Assembly (NCBI GenBank): GCA_028725265.1
Contig: JAQYSN010000039.1
Location: 1-58,880 of the forward strand
DNA: 58,880 nt
Direction: 5' to 3'
Source of the DNA: Spirochaetales bacterium
Lineage (GTDB): Bacteria > Spirochaetota > Spirochaetia > Treponematales > Treponemataceae
The notes under the pieces are model-generated. The model searched no databases. It saw only the letters and a program-made list of their open reading frames with translations, and was not told the DNA's origin. Position numbers and translations under genes: made by a program. Below are positions 8,628 through 17,570 of the stretch, in pieces; the first letter of the stretch is position 1; each line of letters begins with the position of its first letter.

Positions 8628-10085
8628 ATGCTCAATATAAACAATAATGCGTCTAATGTTAAACGTTCAATTTTGGTTAAGATTGCGCGTGCTCAGTTAA
8701 GCGGAAATCTAGTCGATTACGTTGATAAAATACCTCAGGAAATAGTCCCACGAGGAAGCAAACCAATACGATGTTGTATTTTTCATGACAGAGAAATCGT
8801 CCGGCAGCGTGTTATAGCACGTTTGGGGCATAGTCTCCACGATTATGATGAGGAAAAACCGCTTTCAGAATATGCATCCGAAGCCATGGATCGAAAAAAG
8901 CCTTCTTGGCCGATGCTTACAGTTCTTCAAGAAGCCTGCAATGCTTGTGTAAAAACTCACTATATGGTTACGAATGCATGTCAGGCCTGTCTTGCCAGAC
9001 CTTGCATGATGAACTGTGGTCGAAGAGCTATTTCAATTCAAAACGGTAGGGCAAAAATTGATGAAGAACTGTGCGTAAACTGTGGCCTTTGTATGCAAAA
9101 CTGTCCTTATCATGCCATTATTAGGATTCCGGTTCCATGTGAGGAAGCTTGTCCAGTCGGTGCAATCCAGAAAAATGAAGCCGGAAAAGAAGTAATCGAT
9201 TATGAAAAATGTATCTTTTGCGGAAGTTGCATGCGTGAATGTCCATTCGGAGCGATGATGGATAAAAGCCAGCTTGTTGATGTTATCAAGCACATAATGG
9301 CAGGAAAAAAAGTCGTAGCGCTTTATGCTCCGGCAATAGCCAGTCAGTTCAGGGTAAATCCTGGTCAACTTGAGGGTGCTCTTTTACAGTGTGGATTTAC
9401 AAGCGTAAAAGAAGTTGCGATTGGGGCTGATATCACGGCCGACAAGGAAGCGGCTGAATTTACCGAACGAATGGAACGTGGTGATAAGCTTATGACTACA
9501 TCATGCTGCTCGGCTTATGTTAGAGCCGTAAATATTCATGTTCCTTTGTTAAAGCCTTGTGTTTCTGACACAAAAAGTCCGATGCATTATACGGCTGAAA
9601 TTGCAAAAAAAGAAGATCCTGATTGTGTGACAGTTTTTATCGGTCCATGTCTTGCAAAGCGTCGCGAAGGTATGGATGATGATTTGGTTGATTATGTGCT
9701 TTCGGTTGAGGAAATGGGTGCATTCTTTATGGCAAAAGAAATTGATGTTGCCAAGGCAGAACCTGTTTTGAGTGATATTACTCCGACTGCATCTGGTCGA
9801 AATTTTGCCATCTCAGGAGGAGTTGCAGAAGCCGTTCGAATCCGCCTTAAAAATCCAGAAATTCTAAAACCGACCGTTATCAATGGTCTTTCAAAAGATG
9901 GTATGAAGCAACTTTCAAATTTTGGAAAGATTCAAGCCGGGGAACTTCCGTATACGGAAACGACTCCGAACCTTGTTGAAGTTATGGCATGCGAAGGTGG
10001 ATGTATTTACGGGCCTTCGGTTATTACAAATCCGAAAGTTGCATCAGTTATGCTTAAAAAATACGTTGAAGCAGGTGAAAAATGA
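8628..10085 (+). CDS. [FeFe] hydrogenase, probably group B type
   Basis: 485 aa; 4Fe-4S motifs CVNCGLCMQNCPYHA and CIFCGSCMRECPFGA; H-cluster motifs TSCCSAY, GPCLAKRRE, MACEGGCIYGP. Confidence 0.85.
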   Translation: MLNINNNASNVKRSILVKIARAQLSGNLVDYVDKIPQEIVPRGSKPIRCCIFHDREIVRQRVIARLGHSLHDYDEEKPLSEYASEAMDRKKPSWPMLTVLQEACNACVKTHYMVTNACQACLARPCMMNCGRRAISIQNGRAKIDEELCVNCGLCMQNCPYHAIIRIPVPCEEACPVGAIQKNEAGKEVIDYEKCIFCGSCMRECPFGAMMDKSQLVDVIKHIMAGKKVVALYAPAIASQFRVNPGQLEGALLQCGFTSVKEVAIGADITADKEAAEFTERMERGDKLMTTSCCSAYVRAVNIHVPLLKPCVSDTKSPMHYTAEIAKKEDPDCVTVFIGPCLAKRREGMDDDLVDYVLSVEEMGAFFMAKEIDVAKAEPVLSDITPTASGRNFAISGGVAEAVRIRLKNPEILKPTVINGLSKDGMKQLSNFGKIQAGELPYTETTPNLVEVMACEGGCIYGPSVITNPKVASVMLKKYVEAGEK

Positions 10086-10570
10086 AAACGAAAGAATCAA
10101 AAGCTGCTACATATCTTTGCATTGGGATTGTTTTGAGCTTTGCATTAACAATTTTCAAAACACTTATACTTGATCGATATCCTTTTTATAATATTGCTGT
10201 AAGTTTTGGAATGACCCTTGTAATCGGGATTGTGATAGGACTTGTCGTTCCTTTTGACCTAATTTTCGCTTCTGAATGTCGCCGACATAATTTCAATTCA
10301 AGTTCGTTTCCGACTAAAATGCTATTTTCTCTGATTGCTGATGCAATTTTTACTCCGCTTATGACTATACCGATGGTGTTTTTCAATTATCTGATTCCGA
10401 ACAAAGAAGTTGCTGGTCAAGGAAATCTTATCCTTGATTTGATTATAGGTGTCTTTGCAGGTTGTGCTGTGGCGTATCCATTTATTTTGCTACTGATATT
10501 GATTTTCAGCAAAATCGGAAATAAAAAAATACCTGATGCGAAAAACTTTACCTCAAAGGCGATGAAATGA
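10082..10570 (+). CDS. integral membrane protein, unknown function
   Basis: 162 aa with about 4 hydrophobic helices; ATGA overlap with the hydrogenase stop and with the next gene. Confidence 0.6.
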   Translation: MKTKESKAATYLCIGIVLSFALTIFKTLILDRYPFYNIAVSFGMTLVIGIVIGLVVPFDLIFASECRRHNFNSSSFPTKMLFSLIADAIFTPLMTIPMVFFNYLIPNKEVAGQGNLILDLIIGVFAGCAVAYPFILLLILIFSKIGNKKIPDAKNFTSKAMK

Positions 10571-11256
10571 AAAAAGATATATCTCAGACTATCAGTAAAA
10601 CTAAGGCGATTATTTTTGATATGGATGGTGTTTTGCTCGACACTGAAAGTATTTGCGATTATGCTTGGGAAAAGGCTGCTTCAGAGCAGGGACTCTTGGA
10701 TATAAGCGAGGGACTTGAAAAATGCCGTGGTACAACAAAAATCGAAACAAAAAAAATTCTTAATAGCCTTTATTGCAAAAAAGATTCAAAAATTCAGCTT
10801 GATGTAGAACTTTTTATGCAGCGGACTCATGAAATTTTTTACGAAGTTGAAGAAAAAGAAGGCATTAAACTTATGTATTATGCAAAAGAAGCTTTGGAAT
10901 TTTTGAGTCAAAAATTTGTTCTTGCCCTTGCAAGCAGTACGCGTGGAGAACCTGTTCATAGGCAGCTTACAAACGCAGGCCTTATAAAGTATTTTGAGGT
11001 TATGATTACCGGTGATATGGTTAAAAATAGCAAGCCTGATCCTGAAATATACAAGCGTGCATGCGATGAATTGAACCTCAAACCTTGCGAATGCATTGCG
11101 GTCGAAGACAGCCCGAACGGTATAAAAAGCGCGTACGAGGCAGGTATTCCTGTCGTCATGATTCCCGACAAGATAGCTCCAAATAAGACAACTGAAAATA
11201 TGACAATTACGACAGTTGAAAATCTTGAGGAATTTTGCGATTTATTTACTGAATAG
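10567..11256 (+). CDS. HAD-IA family hydrolase (beta-phosphoglucomutase-like)
   Basis: DMDGVLLDTE motif I, SST motif II, K...EDS motif III/IV. Confidence 0.8.
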   Translation: MKKDISQTISKTKAIIFDMDGVLLDTESICDYAWEKAASEQGLLDISEGLEKCRGTTKIETKKILNSLYCKKDSKIQLDVELFMQRTHEIFYEVEEKEGIKLMYYAKEALEFLSQKFVLALASSTRGEPVHRQLTNAGLIKYFEVMITGDMVKNSKPDPEIYKRACDELNLKPCECIAVEDSPNGIKSAYEAGIPVVMIPDKIAPNKTTENMTITTVENLEEFCDLFTE

Positions 11257-12442
11257 CTGAAACTATAATTCCGCTTCCAATTATGACATTTTTGTCATAT
11301 ATGACAACGCTTTGTCCTGGTGCTACAGCTCTTTGTGGTTCATTAAATATGACACGCCAAGCTTGACCATTGAATTTGTCGCAGTTTATGTCAGATTTGT
11401 CAGGATTAATCTTTTCAAGTTTTGCTTTGACAGGTTTGGAAGCAAGTCTAATTTTGACAAAAATGTCAGGATTTTCGTCAGAAAAGTTCTCTGGTGGTTC
11501 GATATTTCCTGGCCAGACAAAGTCGTCTGCGATAAGGCCTTCTGCATTTAGATCTTCGTTTGAAGCCAGAACCACAAGATTGTTTACAGCATCAATTGAA
11601 TGGACGTAAAGAGGTTTTGGAGAACTAACGCCAAGTCCTCGTCGCTGTCCGATAGTATAATGTTCTATACCACGATGCTTACCTAAAATTTTTCCATCCA
11701 AATCGATTATGTTTCCAGGAACGCTCGGTTTATCAGAAAAAAGCATGTCAAAATATTCAGGTGGCACGAAATCCTGGCTTTCTTCACGGTCTGCAGCCGA
11801 AAGATTTGCCTTTCGAGCAAGTTCATAAACTTGGGCTTTTGAAAGTTCTGCTAGCGGAAATCTGACTTTTTCAAGGATGTTAGAAGGAACTCTGGAAATA
11901 AAATAAGTCTGGTCTTTTGTCAGGTCCAATGCTGTGTGTATCATGCAAGGTTTTTTATCAGTACCGTAGATTCCTTCATCTGGGCGAACTACTTTTGCAT
12001 AGTGCCCCGTGCAAAAATAGTCGTAATCGATATTCAGTTTTTGGATGCCTGAAAGCAAGGCTCCGAATTTAATATAGCGGTTGCATCTAATGCACGGATT
12101 CGGGGTTCTTCCGTTTCGGTATTCACTTTTGAAGTATTCCAATACCTTGTTTTGATATTCTTCTTTTACGTCGATTACATGATATTCTATATTTTGGTCG
12201 CTACAAAATTTTTTGCATTGCTCGATGTTTTCGTTTTCGCCTGGTCCGTAGCAAGATTCTCTCAAAACTTTGCCTTCTTGAATATCGGGCAATTTTCCGT
12301 CCCACAAACTCATCGTAACACCGATTACGTGGCATCCTTTTTCTTTCAATAATAATGCTGTTAAAGTTGAATCAACTCCACCGCTCAGGCCGACTACGAC
12401 TGTATCACCGGCTTTTGGCAAATCTAATGCACTGTATGTCAT
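11246..12442 (-). CDS. mnmA: tRNA 2-thiouridine(34) synthase
   Basis: PP-loop GLSGGVDS, RCNRYIKF and the overall MnmA pattern. I prefer the ATG at 12442 (MTYSALD...) over the ORF-track start at 12478. Confidence 0.9.
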   Translation of the reverse strand: MTYSALDLPKAGDTVVVGLSGGVDSTLTALLLKEKGCHVIGVTMSLWDGKLPDIQEGKVLRESCYGPGENENIEQCKKFCSDQNIEYHVIDVKEEYQNKVLEYFKSEYRNGRTPNPCIRCNRYIKFGALLSGIQKLNIDYDYFCTGHYAKVVRPDEGIYGTDKKPCMIHTALDLTKDQTYFISRVPSNILEKVRFPLAELSKAQVYELARKANLSAADREESQDFVPPEYFDMLFSDKPSVPGNIIDLDGKILGKHRGIEHYTIGQRRGLGVSSPKPLYVHSIDAVNNLVVLASNEDLNAEGLIADDFVWPGNIEPPENFSDENPDIFVKIRLASKPVKAKLEKINPDKSDINCDKFNGQAWRVIFNEPQRAVAPGQSVVIYDKNVIIGSGIIVSAIQ

Positions 12443-12501
12443 ATTTTTGAGTTTAACACGTAGAAAATGAAATATCAATATATACCTATAAAAAAGATAG
12501 G

Positions 12502-12529
12502 TTGACTTGACTGAAAAATGATTTACAAT
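12502..12529 (+). promoter_or_regulatory. sigma-70-like promoter TTGACT-N16-TACAAT, only ~8 nt from the ATG at 12538
   Basis: Read directly; no Shine-Dalgarno between the -10 element and the ATG. Confidence 0.4.
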
Positions 12530-12537
12530 CTTTATTT

Positions 12538-12783
12538 ATGCACGAAATAATAATTTGTATGGGAAGTTCATGTTTCAGCCGTGGAAACTCAAAAAATGCT
12601 GAAATAGTACAGAAATTTATCGAAGAAAATGATTTGTACGCTTATTTTACGGTTAAGGGATGTCTTTGTGAGTCTGAATGTAAAAAAGGTCCGAATATCA
12701 GAATTGACGGAAAACTTTTTAGTGACATCTCTCCAGAAAGCCTTCCTCTTTTGCTTTCACATGAGTTAGGACTTGAAAAATGA
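12538..12783 (+). CDS. thioredoxin-like [2Fe-2S] ferredoxin domain protein
   Basis: 81 aa; paralog of 8367..8624; ATGA overlap with the next gene. Confidence 0.7.
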   Translation: MHEIIICMGSSCFSRGNSKNAEIVQKFIEENDLYAYFTVKGCLCESECKKGPNIRIDGKLFSDISPESLPLLLSHELGLEK

Positions 12784-14570
12784 ATTATATCTATCCTATT
12801 TATACAGAGCAAACTGAATGTCAGGATTGTTATAAATGTATTCGTCAGTGTCCCGTAAAAGCGATTTCTGTGGAAAATGGTCATGCAAAAATTATTCCCG
12901 AAATGTGTGTTATGTGTGGAACATGTGTAAAAAAATGTCCGTCAAATGCAAAACACATTCGCAATGATTTAGGGATGGCAAAACAAATTTTAAGAGAAAA
13001 AAATAAGGTTTTTGTTTCCTTGGCGCCTTCCTTTGCTTCCGAATTTCCAAATGTTTCTGCAAGTTATCTTATTCAGGCTTTAAAAAAACTTGGATTTACT
13101 GGTGTTTCTGAAACTGCATTGGGAGCAGATTTTGTTTCTGCACAAATTGCTCAAGATATGGAAAAATCGTGCAAAGCAGAAAGTGAAAATAAAACAAAAA
13201 ATGGTCAAAAACTTTTTTTATCATCAGCATGTCCTGCGGTAGTTGAATTTATCAAACTTTATCGACCTGAATTTAGTAAATATATTACAGATAGGGCTTC
13301 CCCTCTTTTGGCACATTCTAGATTTTTACGAAATTATTATGGTGATGATATTGGAATTGTGTTTATCGGGCCATGTATTGCAAAAAAACGAGAGGCCGAT
13401 ACTTGGAAAACGATAGATTGTTCTTTAACTTTTAATGATTTAAAAAGATGGTTTGAAGAAGAACATATCAAAATCGGGAATTTAGAAACTGAAAATTCGG
13501 CAGCACAAAGTAATGTACAAAATAATGATATAGATTTTTTGCCCTTTAAGGCGGCTAAAGGCGTTCTTTATCCAGTGGAAGGCGGAATGATTAGTGCGTG
13601 CAAAAAATATATCAAAAAAATTAATTTTAATTCGATGACAATTTCAGGGATTCCGCAAATTGAAGATGCTTTAGTCAATTTACACGAGGAAGATTTGGAA
13701 GAACCGCTTTTTATGGAACTTTTAGCTTGCCCTGGAGGTTGTATAAATGGGCCAGGAAGCGAAAAAACTTTTTCAACAGCGATTAAGCGTGTGCGTGTTT
13801 TAGAATATGCAAAAGATGTAAATGAAATCCAAGATTTTTCTAAAATAATTGATAAGCAACCAGAAATAACAGGTACTCTTCCAAAATTGAACAGTTCATT
13901 TTCGATTCACACGGAAAGTGAAATTCAGCAAGCCTTAAAATCTGTGGGTAAAATTTCAAAATCTGATGAGTTGAATTGTGCAAGTTGTGGTTACGATACG
14001 TGCCGTCATTTTGCAGAAGCAATGCTTGAGCATCGGGCAGAAAAAACAATGTGTGTTTCATATATGCGAAAACTTGCGCAAAAAAAAGCCAACATTTTGA
14101 TAAAGGCAATTCCTAGTGGAGTTGTGATTGCAGACAAAAATCTTTCGGTTATAGAATGCAACGAAAATTTTGCAAAACTTTTGGGTGATGATGTTCAATC
14201 CATGTATGATGCTCTTCCTGGACTAGAAGGTGCCCAACTTGATAAATTGATTGGTTTTTCAAAATATTTCTTAGAGGTGATGGATGCGAACAGCCCAGAT
14301 ATTATTGAAAGGGAAGTTCAAAATGGAAAGAAAATTTTTCATGTTTTAATATTTTCTATCGAAAAAGAAGATATTGCTGGTGCGGTAATTGAAGATATTA
14401 CTGTTCCACAGGTACAAAAAAGACAGATAGTAAATCAAGCAAAAAAAGTTATAAACAAGCATCTTTCAACTGTTCAAAAAATAGCATTTTTGCTTGGAGA
14501 GAATGCGGCTGAATCAGAAGCGATTTTGAATTCTATAATTGAATCTTTCTCTGAAGATTCCGAGAAGTGA
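12780..14570 (+). CDS. HydS-type (group C, putative sensory) [FeFe] hydrogenase with a C-terminal Cys cluster and PAS-like domain
   Basis: 596 aa; N-terminal 2x[4Fe-4S]. The H-cluster motifs are variant: SSACPAV (Ala in place of the first Cys of TSCCP), GPCIAKKRE and LACPGGCINGPG. These are followed by CASCGYDTCRHF and a PAS-like segment IPSGVVIADKNLSVIECNENFAKLLG. Confidence 0.8.
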   Translation: MNYIYPIYTEQTECQDCYKCIRQCPVKAISVENGHAKIIPEMCVMCGTCVKKCPSNAKHIRNDLGMAKQILREKNKVFVSLAPSFASEFPNVSASYLIQALKKLGFTGVSETALGADFVSAQIAQDMEKSCKAESENKTKNGQKLFLSSACPAVVEFIKLYRPEFSKYITDRASPLLAHSRFLRNYYGDDIGIVFIGPCIAKKREADTWKTIDCSLTFNDLKRWFEEEHIKIGNLETENSAAQSNVQNNDIDFLPFKAAKGVLYPVEGGMISACKKYIKKINFNSMTISGIPQIEDALVNLHEEDLEEPLFMELLACPGGCINGPGSEKTFSTAIKRVRVLEYAKDVNEIQDFSKIIDKQPEITGTLPKLNSSFSIHTESEIQQALKSVGKISKSDELNCASCGYDTCRHFAEAMLEHRAEKTMCVSYMRKLAQKKANILIKAIPSGVVIADKNLSVIECNENFAKLLGDDVQSMYDALPGLEGAQLDKLIGFSKYFLEVMDANSPDIIEREVQNGKKIFHVLIFSIEKEDIAGAVIEDITVPQVQKRQIVNQAKKVINKHLSTVQKIAFLLGENAAESEAILNSIIESFSEDSEK

Positions 14571-14585
14571 TTTTGGAAAAAGAAA

Positions 14586-15791
14586 ATGGGCGAGCAGGAA
14601 AATTTTATTGAAGTCGGTCACTTTCAGGTTTGCAAGACAAAGCAAGTTGCTCCAGGCGATATGTTCATGTCTAAAAAAAATCCTGATGATGGCAGAATTA
14701 TTACAACGCTTTCTGACGGACTTGGTTCTGGAATAAAGGCAAATGTTCTTGCTACATTGACTGCGACTATGGCGACTCAATTTGTTGCTTCAGACATTCC
14801 GATAAAACGTGCGGCCGAAATCATTATGAATACGCTTCCTGTTTGTAAGGAACGAGGTATTAGTTATGCTACTTTTACTTTGGTTGATGTCGAGCCAAAT
14901 TCAAATGTACGAATCGTAGAATATGACAATCCGCCATATATACTTGTACGAGATCAAGAAATCATTAAAACTGAAAAAGAACAGACAAAAATCGAGCGGA
15001 AAGATAAAAAATCAGCACCGAAAATGGATGCAATTTTGAATTATTCCTCATATATTGCAAAACCGGGAGACAGAATTATCTTTTTTTCTGATGGTGTAAC
15101 TCAAGCGGGCATGGGAAGTCCCGAAAATCCATTTGGATTGGGATATGAAAAGGCAAAAAATTTTGTATTCGAAAAGATTAAAAAGAATTCTGATATAAGT
15201 GCACGTGAATTGGCTCATTCCTTGGTGAATTACGCTCTTTCGTTTGATAATTTTGCAGCAAAAGATGATATTACTTGTGGTGTAATTTATTTTAGGGAGC
15301 CTCGTGAACTTTTGATAATTTCAGGGCCACCGATTCACAAGGAAAATGATACGGAGTTTGCCGCAATTTTTGAAAGTTTTCCTGGTAAAAAAATTGTCTG
15401 TGGTGGAACGACAGCCAATATCATCAGCCGCGAACTGAATCGCGAAATCAAGATGGATTTGAAGAATTTTACGCTCGATGTACCACCTGAAGCGAGTATG
15501 GAAGGTTGCGATTTGGTTACAGAAGGAATTATCACGCTTGGAAAGGTTGCGGAAATTCTTGAAAAGGATGCGGAAACTCTTGTATTTTCAAGTCAGAATG
15601 CAGCATGCAAAATGGTAAATATGATTTTAAATTCAGACAGAATAAAGTTTATAGTTGGAACTAAAATAAATGAAGTTCATCAGGATCCGAATATGCCAGT
15701 CGAGCTCGAAATCCGCCGAAACATCGTAAAACGAATCGCTTCCATATTACAAGAAAAATATCTTAAGGAAGTAAGCATAAGTTATTTTTAA
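14586..15791 (+). CDS. PP2C/SpoIIE-family serine phosphatase with an extra C-terminal domain
   Basis: 401 aa; GDMF...LSDGLGSGIKA...FFSDGV pattern of SpoIIE-like PP2C; 15 nt downstream of the HydS gene. Confidence 0.75.
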   Translation: MGEQENFIEVGHFQVCKTKQVAPGDMFMSKKNPDDGRIITTLSDGLGSGIKANVLATLTATMATQFVASDIPIKRAAEIIMNTLPVCKERGISYATFTLVDVEPNSNVRIVEYDNPPYILVRDQEIIKTEKEQTKIERKDKKSAPKMDAILNYSSYIAKPGDRIIFFSDGVTQAGMGSPENPFGLGYEKAKNFVFEKIKKNSDISARELAHSLVNYALSFDNFAAKDDITCGVIYFREPRELLIISGPPIHKENDTEFAAIFESFPGKKIVCGGTTANIISRELNREIKMDLKNFTLDVPPEASMEGCDLVTEGIITLGKVAEILEKDAETLVFSSQNAACKMVNMILNSDRIKFIVGTKINEVHQDPNMPVELEIRRNIVKRIASILQEKYLKEVSISYF

Positions 15792-15844
15792 GATTTCGAT
15801 TTTGAAGCATTTTCGCGCAAAAAGGTAAAAGCTACAAAAAAAAA

Positions 15845-15965
15845 GGGGATGACCAATAAGTTCAAAAAGTGTCATTTTCGGGCTTGACCCGAAAATCCAT
15901 TTAATTGCAATACAAGAGATTACCGTGTCGAGCACGGCAATGACTTATACTTATTGGACAGCCCC
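15845..15965. repeat. 121-bp imperfect palindromic element with two internal hairpins (MITE-like or structured RNA)
   Basis: Outer arms are GGGGATGACCAATAAGT (15845-15861) and ACTTATTGGACAGCCCC (15949-15965). Inner hairpins are TTTTCGGG/CCCGAAAA (15875-15895) and CCGTG/CACGG (15923-15937). Confidence 0.4.
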
Positions 15966-16004
15966 GCTTTGTGTCAGCCGACATGCGGCTCTATTTTATT
16001 AAAA

Positions 16005-16865
16005 CTATCTTAACAAACTAAGCACATTCTGTGTAGACTGGTTTGCCTGAGCCAACATCGCGTTTCCAGCCTGCTGGAGAACTTGGTTCTTTGTGAAGCT
16101 AACCATTTCAGAAGCCATATCAGCATCGCGGATTCTAGATTCAGCAGCCTGAAGGTTTTCAGCACCAATTTGCAATCCCTGAATTGTGTATTCAAGTCGG
16201 TTAGCATAAGCACCGAGGTCAGCTCGCTGTTTGTTGATCTTTTTAAGAGCTTCATCGATTGTTCCGATAGCTCGGTTAGCAGCATCTGGTGATTCAATTG
16301 ACATGATTGATTCATCACTGAAGTTTCTCAAGTTCAAAGCAGCAGCTGTCATTGTACCGATAAATACCTGTGATCTCTGATCCATGTTTGCACCGATGTG
16401 AAGCCACATAGATGATGTTACATCGTTGTCGCCTGTAGCTTTTGCGAATCGTCCTGTAAGCATGTTCATACCGTTGAACTGTGCGTGTGAAGCGATTCGG
16501 TCAACTTCAGCGATAAGCTGGCTAACTTCAACCTGAATCTGCATACGATCTTCATCAGTATAGATACCGTTTGAAGACTGAACGGCAAGTTCTCGGATTC
16601 TCTGAACGATATCAGTTGTTTCCTGCAAGTATCCTTCAGTTGTATTGATGAAAGAAATTCCGTTTTGTACGTTAGTTACAGCCTGATTTAAACCTCGAAT
16701 CTGGCTTCTCATTTTTTCTGATACGGCCAATCCTGAAGCATCATCTCCTGCACGATTAATTCTAAGTCCAGAAGAAAGTTTTTCCATGTTTTTTGTTGTT
16801 GCATTATCTGTAACACCCAATGTTCGGTTTGCATACATTGCACTGATGTTGTGATTAATAATCAT
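16005..16865 (-). CDS. flaB: flagellar filament core protein (spirochaete FlaB flagellin)
   Basis: 286 aa; [18 protein letters not shown]-terminus and ...QNVLSLLR C-terminus typical of FlaB. Confidence 0.95.
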   Translation of the reverse strand: MIINHNISAMYANRTLGVTDNATTKNMEKLSSGLRINRAGDDASGLAVSEKMRSQIRGLNQAVTNVQNGISFINTTEGYLQETTDIVQRIRELAVQSSNGIYTDEDRMQIQVEVSQLIAEVDRIASHAQFNGMNMLTGRFAKATGDNDVTSSMWLHIGANMDQRSQVFIGTMTAAALNLRNFSDESIMSIESPDAANRAIGTIDEALKKINKQRADLGAYANRLEYTIQGLQIGAENLQAAESRIRDADMASEMVSFTKNQVLQQAGNAMLAQANQSTQNVLSLLR

Positions 16866-16941
16866 AATCTATCTCCCCTATTACAAATTACTTTTGACAT
16901 GCGCATTTTTGGTGTGCACTAATCGCAACACCTTATACTTT

Positions 16942-16969
16942 ATGTTCGGAGATTTAGAATTTTACTTTA
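16942..16969 (-). promoter_or_regulatory. candidate sigma-28-type promoter TAAA-N16-CCGAACAT upstream of flaB
   Basis: On the minus strand, TAAA lies at 16969-16966 and CCGA at 16949-16946. The TAAA-to-CCGA spacing equals that of the TAAA-N15-GCCGATAA consensus, but the -10 match is only partial. Confidence 0.35.
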
Positions 16970-17048
16970 GTATTTTTTGAAAAAATTTGCGAATTTCTAG
17001 GTTGATGGGGCTAAGTTTAGTTGCGCAACGAGTTGTTATGAAAATAAA

Positions 17049-17495
17049 TTAGTGACGAGAACAATTATTACAGCCCAAGACGTGCACATGATCGGCTTTT
17101 CCAACATGATGAAAGATTCTTGCAACAAGATGGCCATTGCAAGGGATTTCTTTTTCACAAACGGGACAAATTCGTTTCACTCCGGTTTGGCAGCTTGGAT
17201 AGCAATGCGGACAACCCATGATGTGACAGATTTCATCTTCATGGCCCGTTCTAAAGACTCGGCTTTGTAAGTTTTCGCCTGGCATCAGGATGCTATTGCA
17301 GATAGGACAGGTTTGGCGAGGTTTATCTGATGGCTTAGAATCGTTTTTCGTGGATTTTTTTCGTCGTTTCGATGCATGCAAAGAATCATTTTTTGAATTG
17401 TTACTGAAATATGGGAAAAGAAATTTATAGAAAATCATGAAGATTGCGACGGCAACAAAAATCAAAAAACAAATAATAAAAATATCAGCGTTCAT
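17049..17495 (-). CDS. membrane-anchored Cys/His-rich (zinc-ribbon-like) protein
   Basis: 148 aa; N-terminal TM, then CPICN, CPHCYPSC, CPVCEKEIPC and GCNNCSRH motifs. Confidence 0.6.
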   Translation of the reverse strand: MNADIFIICFLIFVAVAIFMIFYKFLFPYFSNNSKNDSLHASKRRKKSTKNDSKPSDKPRQTCPICNSILMPGENLQSRVFRTGHEDEICHIMGCPHCYPSCQTGVKRICPVCEKEIPCNGHLVARIFHHVGKADHVHVLGCNNCSRH

Positions 17496-17570
17496 AAAAT
17501 AACTATTGATAGTATTATATCAATAAAATCGATTGAAAAAAAGGCTTTTTTTTGCTAAATTTCATTCACT

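Noticed and set aside
15871-15944. tRNA-sized (~74 nt) cloverleaf-like core of the 15845-15965 element
   Set aside because: It has no canonical D-arm, the T-loop lacks the TTC consensus (GTCAAGC or GTCGAGC), and there is no credible anticodon arm on either strand. It is not a tRNA gene.
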